A DNA stretch of 63,814 nucleotides, counting the filler, from Olpidium bornovanus S191 (lineage: Eukaryota; Fungi; Olpidiomycota), in the NCBI GenBank assembly GCA_017911155.1. It is 30 parts of 30 records of this genome, joined end to end, with 100 filler letters (N's around TTAATTAATTAA, not from the genome) between each part and the next. Parts side by side here need not be neighbours in the genome. Positions count along the whole stretch, not along the records: positions 23,986 to 27,931 come from JAEFCI010012653.1; positions 28,032 to 29,390 come from JAEFCI010005337.1; positions 29,491 to 31,713 come from JAEFCI010013403.1; positions 31,814 to 33,327 come from JAEFCI010005607.1; positions 33,428 to 35,221 come from JAEFCI010000811.1; positions 35,322 to 37,820 come from JAEFCI010005651.1; 24 more parts are not named here. One strand, given 5' to 3'. The notes below the pieces were generated by a model. The model was not told the origin of the DNA. It searched no databases and saw only the letters and a list, made by a program, of their open reading frames with translations. Shown here in pieces: positions 24,213 through 35,428 of this stretch; positions within the stretch are counted from its first letter, which is position 1, and each line of letters starts with the position of its first letter. Made by a program: the position numbers and the translations under genes.

Positions 24213-26863
24213 CTACACCGCGACTCTGTTGGCCGCCGCCCACTTCTTCATCGTCCTCACAATGTACTCGACCTGCGGGTTGCTGGTGTTGCGCAACATC
24301 GAGATTACCTCCCGCAAGAGGTCCCGTGACTCCTGCTCAGCGATGACCTGCTGAAAGACGCCGATACAAGCCCCGCGCTTTCCCTCCCAGTATTCCGGAC
24401 TCGGGTCCAGTCGCTCCAGGATGTCGAAGGCCTTGGCGGAGTAGTAGTATACTTGTGTCTGAAGGTTCGGTAACGGTGACAGCGGGGAAGAAAAAATTCA
24501 GCGTCTTCTCTTTGACAAACCACGCCATTCCCAGGTATGGCAGGCAGTCGGAATTATAGTTTTTATTATTCTTTTTTCTTATAGTTTCGGAGCCCGGGGG
24601 CAGGCGCCATCGCTCAACCTTGTAACACTCATTGGCAATGAGCTGGAGCAGACCAAAGCTTTCTGAGCTGGTCTCCATCTTGAGGTACAGCTCCCAGGCC
24701 ATCCTAGGCTTCTTGTTCATGATGAAGCAGCGAGCAAGGTGCGAGATGTACGCGTACTCGGACTTGAACTTCTCCGATTGGACCATCAGCAAAATTTCTT
24801 CCGCCTCGGCGTACGCGCCCGTCGCCGTCTTAGCCTGCCCGTAGTTGTAGTTAAATATGTCGTCGTTGAAAAAGTAGCCCTGCGATTTGACACAGGTCGA
24901 CATGCGCGAGAAAGAAAGGATTCGGGCGATCATAAACATCACCCGAAACCAGCTGGAACACGGAGCGATTCCTAGGCAATTACGCAACCGCGCGATGAAA
25001 AAAACGCTCCGCCCGGCTTATTCGTTCCGCTCCACGCACCTTGATACTGTTCAGGTATATCAGGACGTCGTCAAACTGCTTTAGCAGGAAGAAGCAGCTC
25101 GCCATGCACTGTCTGCCGGGGATTGTGTCGCACTCGCTCGCGGAGCCGCCAACAAGCTGAAAGTACTGCTGGGCGATTTTGAGGTGCTCCTGGCTCTCTT
25201 GTTCCTGTCCCAGGGCGGCGTTCACGATTCCTTTGAGGATGTACTCTTGCGGCGTGGACGGCTCCAAGTCTTTTAGCAGGTTGTAGGCCGACTGGACGTC
25301 GTCGTTCCGCAAGTGGTAGATAACCAGGTTTAGCCGCGCCTCGGGCACCACGTCCAGCAGCGGCGGGAACACCTGCAGCGAACCCTCGCCCGACCGGAAA
25401 ACCACCTGCAGCCGTAGAGCAAGGTCGTCTGGTGAGGCGGCGGTGAAGGACGATGTTCCATGATCGCCTACGTCTCCTGCCCTCAGTACAGACTTGCGCT
25501 CATATTCAGACGCAGAATGCACGCGTTGTCGTCTCACCATGTTATGCTTAATCAAATCCTCCGCGAATTTGAAATGGCCCCCCGGGCGCTCCGTCAGAGG
25601 CTTAATCTCCTGTTCTGCCGCCTTGCCGTTATATAGCCGAAAGTGGTTGCAGGCTTTGAGGTTTATTGCCGTCACCGAATCAGAGTGTTGCTGCAGGTAG
25701 ACTGACAGAATCTCCTGGGATACGTCGTAGTAGTCCAACTTGTAGTAACAAAGAGCGACATAGACATTTAGCGCAATGTACTCCCTGAGGCATTTTTAGT
25801 TTTCCAAGTGGAGACGTGAGTCCACGAGAACCACGGGTTCTGACATAAGTAATTACGGCGGCGGCCCGGCGCCGGTTCCTACCTGTTCTCAAGCAGCAGT
25901 CGCTTGTATATGTCAATCGCTTCCTGGAAATGGCTTCTCAGGTAGTGGATTGATGCCAGCGTAAGCTAGCTGCCCGCAATCGATAGGAGCAGTCTTCATC
26001 AGCCGCCGCCGACAAATTTGCGATCCTCAAGGGCACAAATACCGCCGAAGCAACGAAAAGCGCGTCTCTTCTCTTTCTGAAATTGGGCACCTGGTCCTCA
26101 ATGACGTCTTGCAAGTTCTGGTGGAAGCCCATCAGCCTCTTCTCGTCGTTAAACTTGTGCGAGAGATGGAAGAGTAGTCGGTTCTGCAACTTATTTGTCG
26201 GGCCTTCGACATTTCAGTGCGGCATTTTTCAGCTAAATACAGCGGTGCTGCCGACACAAAAACACAGCGACTCGATGCTTGTGGCGTTACCGCGTTGCGC
26301 CTCCTCGTCAGCCTCCTTGTACATCCCGAGAAAGAAGTAGCAGGTGGCAAGGTATAGATGCACGACAGGCTCGCAACCGGGCTCTTTCGCGAGCAGTTCG
26401 TAGGTCTGGCGGCCGTTTCGAGCGCGGGATAAGGATGACATTGATCGCTGTCCAGGGCGCAGCGGAGTTTCCGGAAACGCCGGCGTGGGTTCTTTTCGAC
26501 ACGCACCTCCATCGACCGTTTGTAGTCACCCAAATGGAACGCCGCGTACCCGACCCACATCGTGAGCGTATTATCGTTCTTTTCCGTCGCGCGTTTGAAC
26601 TGCGGGCCGGCAGGGGAAAAAAAAGAAAGCGCAGGTCGCATGTTTACCGCCGGATCGGCTTCATGAACGGGGGGCGCGCGCGCGGGCACGGGTCAGGTCC
26701 CGGTTTGCCGGACCTCGAGGAGCGTCAGCGCGCCCGTGTAGTCGCGCTCGGCGACGAAGCTCTCGAGCTTCGGGATCTGGGCCTTCTCTAGCAGTCCGGC
26801 TGCCCCGGCGGCGCCGCCGTCCTTGGCGGGCTGCACCGCCGGCTTCGCGCGTGAGAGCATCAT
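24213..26863 (-). CDS. IFT56: Intraflagellar transport protein IFT56 (TTC26/DYF-13), complete, 9 exons
   Basis: Starts [10 protein letters not shown]. Exons include [95 protein letters not shown] and [23 protein letters not shown]. Stop TAG at 24215-24213. Confidence 0.97.
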
Positions 26864-27621
26864 CTTGGGGGCGGTTCTGTGAAGAAGTTCTGTGATCGCC
26901 CGCTGCTGCCGTTGTCGACAGGCCCAGGGCGAACCTTCTTTTCTGTGCGCGGCGGCGGGAACGGAAGAGACGGGCGCGGCTCGGCTCGCCTCTGCGGGAC
27001 GCGTGCCACTCCCGCCGCAACCCCCCCCCCCCGAAAAGCACCGGAGGCCGCGTTGCGGGTTACGCGAACGTCCCGCGTTAGGGGGTCAGGGAAACCGGGG
27101 CGGGCAAAAACGTAGAGTCACGTGACGTTTTCGGTCCGGCGCAACCGTCGGAAAACGCGCCTCGCGGGACGGTTCCGTGCGAGCTCTGCATCGCTATTTG
27201 ACCGTGAAGCTTCGCAGCAAGGAATGGTTGCACCTGCGGGGTCTTTTCGCGTCGCCGCCATTGCCGTACTGGAATTTAGGGCGCGGGAGCTTGGAGCGAA
27301 CGAGTCGAAGCGCGGACGCGGAGGGCCCTACCCCAGCAGCTGCACGAGGATGGCGCGCCTTTTGGAGTGACGTACCGCCCGTGAACAACCGCAGGAGGCC
27401 AACCGTTAAACCGCGCCAGGCTCGCGGCCGGCCGGGCAACATCCGGTCCCGGCTGGGTCGTAATCTTCTTCGGAGGATCCCGGATTCCCTGCCGGCCCTC
27501 TTCCAACGCCGCAACCGGTTCTTCGGGCTTTGACCACCCGCCCGGATCACCATCCGCAGTCGCTAATCGCAGCCCGACTGGAGCGCGGTGTCCCCCATAA
27601 CGACGCGGGTGGGGTGCCCCA

Positions 27622-27684
27622 CAAACTAATTATTGTACCTATAAAATTAATCGCACCTAATATCGATGATATACCAGCTAAACT
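27622..27684 (-). other. Putative micro-NUMT: cox1-like fragment
   Basis: 63 nt at about 29% GC in GC-rich flanks. Translates to SLAGISSILGAINFIGTIISL using TTA/GGT/ATA/TCA codons, resembling the conserved COX1 motif LAGISSILGAINFITTI. Confidence 0.75.
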
Positions 27685-28299
27685 CGTAAAGGCGACCAGT
27701 CTCGACGTGGTTGATAAATGCCGCGCGCGCTGCTGCGCGCCCATTACGACGTTCCCGCCTTCTCGATGTTGTTCGGGAATTCCAGAAGGGGGTCTCCGGC
27801 GAGCGGACGTCTGCCGCGCCCCAGACCGCTTGCCGAGAGCAAGCGATCGTCCGTTGTGGGCCACCGTATACCCCAGGGTGCTACGCCGGATATCAGTGTC
27901 GTCGACGCCCTCTAGGTTTCTCATTTCCATGNNNNNNNNNNNNNNNNNNNNNNNNNNNNNNNNNNNNNNNNNNNNTTAATTAATTAANNNNNNNNNNNNN
28001 NNNNNNNNNNNNNNNNNNNNNNNNNNNNNNNCTTTCCCGTGGGGGGGGGGGGGGGGGGGGGGTGCGGGGGTGGGGGGGGGGGGGGGGGGGGGAAAGGGGA
28101 AAGGGTTCCAGCTCTTCGATTGGCGTGTTTCGAGGGGTATTATTCTATTGGTCGGCCTCCGGGTTCGGGGGCCGTCCTGCCCTCGATCCCACCGCCGCCT
28201 CTGCCCTTCACCCGCTGCCTTTCGCCCGCCGCCCGCCTTCTGTGGCGCCAGTCGACGGGCGCTTCTCGGGCCGTGCCACAGCACAATCGTGCACAAAAG

Positions 28300-29245
28300 T
28301 CCCTGCATCAACAATCCCTGCAAAGCTTTAAACAAATACTTCCAGATCCAGATCCAGATCCTAGAGCCAGACTCGTGTAGATATTATCTCCAGATAACGC
28401 ACCGCGCAGATAAATACTACACTTGTTACACTGTGATTACAATGTCGTCCACCCATGTGCAAATAACAGCGCGAATGGGAGAGGGGTTTGCGTACGCCAA
28501 GTATTGATGAGCGGCCGGCTCGGTGTACGCGGCCTGCACGTGCAGATTTCTGTCCTTGTTGTGGTCCGCCGCCTTGTCAGTGTGAGTGCTTGTCAGTGTG
28601 AGTGCTTGTCAGTGTGAGTGCTTGTCAGTGTGAGTGCTTGTCATATGTGCAACCTTCTCGTCACTCTTCTTCTCCCCCTCTTGCGGCAGAGCGCATAGAA
28701 TGTACACACAGGGATCGCCAACTGCAGGGGTGAAGCCGATGCTTCGGAGCGCCTGGTCGAGGGTGTCGTTCCAGCACCGTGCCGATTGATGTAATCCGTA
28801 AAGGGCCATGACGACGAGGAGGAGATCGTTCGGTCATTCGGGGTCCCAAAATCCTTCAAATTGGCGCATGTAGACGGGCTTATCGAACGGAGCGTTGAGG
28901 TAGGCTGAGACGAAATCCGCAGCCCAGATGGACCAACCGTGTCGGACTGCGTAGGCAAGAATAAAACAAAGGGACGTAAACGAGACCACGGGCGACCAGG
29001 TCTGGTCGTAATCAACGCCATCACGTTGCAAAAATCCGCGGGCGACGTATCTCGCCTTAAATTTGTCAACTGTGCCGTCTGGCAGGAGTTTTACTTTGTA
29101 GACCCATTTTCTGTCGATCAGTCGGGCATCCGGCGGAGGCGGGACGAGTCGATAAACACCCCGGCCCTGTAAAGAAGCAATCTCCTTCGACATTGCGGCT
29201 TTCCAGTGTGCAGCATCAGCTGAGGTGACTGCCTCGTGGTAAGAA
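28300..29245 (-). mobile_element. Degenerate Ty1/copia reverse transcriptase
   Basis: PRSYHEAV...WKAAMSKEIASL...KWVYKVK...KFKARYVARGFLQRDGVDYDQTWSPVV...ADFVSAYLNA...ALYGLHQSARCWN...DPCVY...WVDDIVIT, with stops. Confidence 0.93.
28573..28643. repeat. 16-bp minisatellite, about 4.4 perfect copies
   Basis: (cttgtcagtgtgagtg)x4 + cttgtca, lying inside the copia RT remnant. Confidence 0.97.
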
Positions 29246-29490
29246 CGGGGCTAAAGATACACACGCGGAATGTCATCTGCGGTGGTATGGAGACAAAGAG
29301 AAACAGGGGAGGGAGAAGCAGACGCGTTTGCGGGTTCAAGCTCCAAGGGAAAGGGGATACCTTACACCGGAAATAATCCCGAAGCTTCTCNNNNNNNNNN
29401 NNNNNNNNNNNNNNNNNNNNNNNNNNNNNNNNNNTTAATTAATTAANNNNNNNNNNNNNNNNNNNNNNNNNNNNNNNNNNNNNNNNNNNN

Positions 29491-29670
29491 GGACTCCGGG
29501 AAACGTGAAGAATGGGCCACCTGGCAGCTGCAAGCATTCCTCAAACTGACGGCCGACCACGCTGCTATCCGTTCCGCACGCGACCAGATCGGGTACCTGT
29601 ACAGCGTCATGCGGTCGACCTCAAGTCAATGCCGAGGATCTCCGGGCAGGACAGAGTCATTCCCTTAGTT
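29491..29670 (+). mobile_element. Possible decayed LTR-retrotransposon Gag fragment
   Basis: A frame not in the ORF track reads DSGKREEWATWQLQAFLKLTADHAAIRSARDQIGYLYSVM, reminiscent of fungal retrotransposon Gag N-termini. Confidence 0.35.
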
Positions 29671-32159
29671 TTAATGCCCAAGGGACGGGCTGCACCGGGT
29701 GCCAGAAGAACGCTGTGGGTCTCTTGCGCCCCCCTGTGACCGAAGGAGAGGAGAAGGGGTATCATATCGAGGGGGGGAGAGGGGAAGGGGGATAGGGGGG
29801 GGAGGGATGAGAAAGCCGAGAGGATAGTCGTCGCTTCAGAAAGTCCGCGCGCTTCGCGAATTTTCCAACTGGGCGCCTTCAAATGTTTTTTGTTTCCTGT
29901 TTGGGATAGCTGCATAAAAAGTCCTCGAAGAAAACCGAAACGGCCAGCGAGCAGCTCCCACTGGGGTACAAAAAGCTGTCGTGTTGGCTTTGACGAGAAA
30001 CAGGTACTAAGAACAGCTGATCGGGAAGTGTGTTGAATCTCGAGGCCTGGGGAGGAATGAAGTGAAAGGGGAAGTTAGGAAAGGAGGAGTTGGGAGGGGA
30101 GAGGGAGAGGAGACCGGTAACCGTAGTTGGCCTCGCGTGGCGCGAACAAAAATTCCACGAAGAAATTATGTCCTAAAAATAAAGCCGACCGTCCGCGTGG
30201 GGGTAGTCCCCCAAGGTCAATAATATATAATTTTCGCTCGTAGAAAAGCAAGTCTTCTAGGGCTCATAACGAGAAACGAGGTCCTCACGGCGCTTCACAA
30301 AAAAATGGCCCTCAAGGCGGTGGAGAAACTTATGCGGCGAAAGTGCAGCCGGTCACGGCGGAGCTGCCACCAGATGCAGGGGAAAGAAATGAGCACGCTA
30401 GGCTACAACCGAAACTGAGAGATCCTCTCAAGATTGCGCACCGGTTCTTGATTGATGCATTAACCAAGATGAAAACATAGAGGGCAACAATTTCATTACG
30501 GCGGAAAAAGAGGCGGGAGCTTTGGGAGATGCTGATTTGGCACCGCCTGGTGTTCGCCTTTGCGGATGAGGAAATTGGTTGCGTCGACCAGGAGGTGATG
30601 GTGCCAATTCTGCAAGACAGTAGCGACACCGAGCGGCGTTCGACATAAAATCAGTGGCACACGCTGGACGCTTCTGCCGGCTGTAGCACTTGTGTCCCCG
30701 ACCGCACCACGTAAGAGCAAACAACGCGCGCGCTCGCGGGTTTCTCGTGGATTCCAATGTCACAGTGGGAGGATCTGGTTGCGTTTTGTCGACGGCAGAT
30801 GATTCCTGACAAAATTTTTGTGGCGCAACCTCGCCTGCCGCCAGCATCAGTTTTCGTAAAACGTGTGATAGGCGTTGCTGTGGCCAAATTTTAAAAATCT
30901 AAAACCACTGCAACATGAGCCACATCATGCGGAAACATTTCTCATTGTTTTATTCGTTCCCTGATGTTTGCTGGTTGTTTGCAGAGTTCGACACGCTACG
31001 AAAGCCATTGCTGTAGGTATACATCGCATTGGTTGCCAGGACAAGTCAATCGAATGCTGGACGGGGCCCGACCGACGGCGGCCTGCTAGCCATTTTTAAG
31101 CCAGACGTGGGGGGAGAGGGGGAAGGTAAGAATTGCGTTAGCGCCCCTGTTTTAGGGAATAACGGCATTTCACTGGACAACAGCCAAGGAACACAACACG
31201 CACGCGGCCCGACAAGATTATACCACGATGGAAGAGCTAGCCTCCCAATTGCGTCACGGGGAGTTGCCCGGCCCTGACACCAGACCTCCGCGCCGCCGGG
31301 CCAGGGCGTTAAGCCGCGCCCGGCTTCTATTTCCGCTTTTTAAAATCGGCTTTGGCCGCGGTCGGGCCCCGTCCTCGCCCCCGATCATATGAAGCGGTTA
31401 ACGGCGCTGGCCGACTTAGCATACTGTCAGTCGCAACCCCGCATGTAAATGTAAAAAACCTGGCGGCTGAATAATTTTGCGGCGACCGCGTTGCCCGTTA
31501 TACTGGCGTCGGCATATTGCGCAAATAAAAACAGAAGTATACCTTGCGAATGGTTTTGAAAGCGTCTGTAATTGTTGCGGGAGCGATGCGACCATGAAGA
31601 TCGTAAGCCGTTCCACCTTCGGTGCGACGAGCTCTGTTGTGTTGCGTGCGTGATCAAACCACACTCACTATGAGGTGCAGATCTGTCAAATATCTAAAAC
31701 TCGAACTTGTATANNNNNNNNNNNNNNNNNNNNNNNNNNNNNNNNNNNNNNNNNNNNTTAATTAATTAANNNNNNNNNNNNNNNNNNNNNNNNNNNNNNN
31801 NNNNNNNNNNNNNCATGAGCCGAAAAGGTTGACGAAAATAATTGGCGTTTGACGAATCAACCTGTACAAAACCAACAACTGTCGCCGAAAAATTGATTGC
31901 ACTTGGAAAATCTCTTCGGCCGCGCCAAACGTTGCTCTAACCCTGAACCCTGTTTTTGTTCCTATCAATGTGTCAAACCCGTCAAGTCGGACGCACGGCC
32001 GCTGGTGGTGGCACAGTCTCAAGAGGAGCCACTTGGGAAGGACTTGCCCCTGGTGATCCGCGCCCAATTAATTCATCATAAAACCACGCGCTGACGCACG
32101 GCCTCAGAGCTGTTTGGGATAGTTGAACCACCTCTTTCTCGGGCACCCCGAGGTCCCCC

Positions 32160-32850
32160 GGTGTGCTGCGAGACGGACCTTTTAAAGGCATCTCGAAGAT
32201 CAACACCCCATTTTTTGCCGACGAATTCCGATTGTCGTCGGCTACTGTGAAACGGGACTTCCCGGGATATCCCGGCGATATCACTCACCGCAACGACCGC
32301 AGCGCGACTGGCGTAATTTTTCGCCCCGACGATTCAGACCGGGCCGGCTACCGTGAAACGGGGTTTTCCGGTTTTATCCCCGACGGTCAACCCCCCCCCC
32401 CCCTTTTTTTGCCGCTGTTTCACCCGAGTCACCGCGAGATCGGACGTCCCCGGGATATCCTGATGGATCAACGTCCCGTTTTTTTTTTTGCCGACGAGTC
32501 GGACCGGCCCGGCTGCTGCGAGACGGGGGCTTTCCGGGCGTGTCCCGACGATCAGCGCCCATTTTTTTCTCGCCGACGGTTTTGGGCTGGGCCGGCTACC
32601 GCGGAGACAGCCCTCCCGAGGCTGTCCCGACGAAACAACATCCCCTTTTTGCCGCCATTTCATCGGGTGCCGCCGCTTCATCGGATACCGCGATACGGAC
32701 CTTCCCCCCCCCAGGTTATCCTGATGACGAACGTCCCATTTTCGCCGCCGCGGGGCTCCGCGGGGGCGGCCCTCCCCCGGGTTATCCCGACGATAACGTC
32801 CGCCTGCGGATACTGCGAGACAGATCTCCCGGCGGTCCCCGACGATCCAA
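32160..32850. repeat. Degenerate tandem array, about 7 units of about 80-170 bp
   Basis: A recurring core (g)gctac(c/t)g(c/t)ga(a/g)ac(g/a)g ... cccgacgat appears near 32161, 32241, 32345, 32511, 32591, 32681 and 32805. Confidence 0.7.
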
Positions 32851-33629
32851 CGGGCGGTCACGTTTCTCCGAAAAAAGCGGGGCCGCTTTCCCGGACGGTG
32901 CCGCCGAGCCTGCCCTGCGCACAAGGTGCGCCACAGCCTAAGTCGCCCCCGCAAAAAGAGGGCCGCCGCGAAGAAAGTCTCCCGGTTTTTGGCGTCTTGG
33001 TGGGGTTTGAGCGGTTGGCCCGTCCTCGAAACAAAGCAGGCGTCACCCCTGATTCCACCAAATCCACTGAAAACGAGAAGGTCACGCGGAATGCAAAGGA
33101 CACACGAGAACAAAAAATATCTGTAGCAACGCCTAGTTTCGTTCGATTTAGGGACATTGGTGTTATGAGCCAAACGGACTACCACCGTCCCACGTTGCTT
33201 TGCTCCGGCGCACGACGTAAGATTGCCCGGTGCAGAATTGGGCAAGTGTCAAAACGCCGCTTGGAACAGCACCGTTTGTTTAATGATGGCGGCGGCAGCC
33301 TCGCATTCGACGACAAGTCGTGCCATGNNNNNNNNNNNNNNNNNNNNNNNNNNNNNNNNNNNNNNNNNNNNTTAATTAATTAANNNNNNNNNNNNNNNNN
33401 NNNNNNNNNNNNNNNNNNNNNNNNNNNCCCCCGCATTGAGCACCGATTGATTTCGGCCGGACCAATTTGCCTCTCTCCGCGGCCGAAAGAAGTCCGCCTG
33501 GATGGGCCGGATGTGCCCAATGCCGCGCTTCGCAGATGGGGGGAAGACAAGGAGCAGCGCAGAATAAGGGAGCGAAAGGGAGAGTGTTTTCTGCCTTCTG
33601 AGGCACAAAAAATTCATCAAATTCGAAGT

Positions 33630-34300
33630 GGTTCAGTTGCCGACCGAACCGTGCGTCTACGTCCTTCCGGACAAACTGGGCAAGCCCAGGCTAATTGTGG
33701 CATTTCTACCTCGACGACGACGTCCTCACGGGGCCGGATGAGGCACTCATGACGCGCGTGGAAAAAGTTCTTGCTAAAGAATTCAAAAGGACGGACGGGG
33801 CAGAATTCTCCTTTATCTTCGGCATCAGACTCGCCAAGACAGGGGACGGATGCATCACGGATCAAGGGCCGCTGCACACGTCAACTGCTGGGACGCTTCA
33901 GCATGATTGAGGCGCGGCGGCCGGCTCCGACACCGTTAGGGAGCAACAAATGTTGAAGAACTCTCAATGATCGGAAACGATACGACTACGGAGAAAGATT
34001 CGGGACGATTCGCTTTTTTTGAAGCAGCGGGATCCTTCATGTGGTTAGTGACAAACGACGCGACCGGACACCCGCCTTCGCGGCGGGCCGTCCTGGCGCG
34101 TTTCGTGTCGCCACCGACCGATTGTAACTACCCGGCCGATCGCCACTGGGAGCGCCACCAAGCGTGGTTCTGCGGAAAGCTGCGGGGAAACCACGGAATT
34201 CCTCGTTTACTCCGCCAGAGTGGGGGGGGGGGGGCCGATTACTGAAAAATGACCGCATTTTGTGAAACGCAGATCGGGCAGGCTGTCGTTTGGGACAAGG
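33630..34300 (+). mobile_element. Degenerate Ty1/copia RT remnant
   Basis: PTEPCVYVL...LIVAF/YLDDDVLTG...VEKVLAKEFKRTDGAEFSFIFGIRL, later AAGSFMWLVT...VLARFVSPP, with frameshifts and stops. Confidence 0.8.
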
Positions 34301-34416
34301 GCGTCGCCGAAGCGGCCTTGATCAATCATGCACCAGACGGGACCAAATTTCTCGGAAGAGATCCAAGGTTACCGCCCAGAGCTGCGACTCTACGCCACGA
34401 CGCGAGGCAGAATTCG

Positions 34417-34459
<43 letters not shown>

Positions 34460-35361
34460 TCCAGGACGTCAAATGGCGCGCGACCCCCGATCCCGGCCAA
34501 GCCGGACCCGTCCTCGGACGCAAAAGCCGGCTGCGCTCCAAGTCGATAACAAACGGGCGCAAGCCGGGATCGGCCGGCGATGCGCCAAGGGGTCTCCCGG
34601 GCGATCGGAGCACAGCACACCAGAAAGGGACACCCCTCCGAAGCACTATGTCTGTACGACAGAAAGGGGCCCCCCTCAAAATGGACCAATAAAAATCAGA
34701 AGAAGCCCTAACAGGGGCTTCGTTCCTTGTTTAGAGCTCAACCTAATCCTTAATTTCGTTTTTCGTTTTCGCGGAAAATACCAGGGTAACCCCGGCATTT
34801 CGCAGCTCGCAGGACGCGCAGTAGTGCGCCGAAAGGAATGCGGCGAGGTGCTTTAATTCTCCCGACCGTATTCCAGATCTAATGCTATCACGCTGAGATA
34901 TGATGGATGAACAACTTTCATGTCATTTCTGATGCATGACGCTAGCATCTGATGATCACTTTGCCTTTCCGTAAATCAACACGGGTAAAACCGTTGCGCC
35001 ATCTCCGAGGGAGCAAAGCTCGCAAGCAAGGATTTGTTAGAAGAATTTGGGGCGGCGGGATTTGCCGAATGCGTGCCGGGATTCGTCCTGGAAGGTATGC
35101 TCGCAGGATTCACGGCCCCGAAAACTTAGCAAGGAGAGGCTTCATCGGAAAAACGGGGCGCGCCGGGAACTGCTTTGCGCCCGGGTTTTTGCGGCAGGAT
35201 CCCCCCCCCCCCCCCCCCCGCNNNNNNNNNNNNNNNNNNNNNNNNNNNNNNNNNNNNNNNNNNNNTTAATTAATTAANNNNNNNNNNNNNNNNNNNNNNN
35301 NNNNNNNNNNNNNNNNNNNNNAAAAGACAAAAAGAAAAAAAAAAAAAAAAGAAAAAGAGAG

Positions 35362-35416
<55 letters not shown>

Positions 35417-35428
35417 AAAAAAAAAAAA

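Noticed and set aside
29900-31713. Coding potential in the rest of contig 15, and in 40430-41100 and 59450-60468
   Set aside because: Only short stop-interrupted frames with no recognisable motifs; probably intergenic DNA or very old repeat debris.
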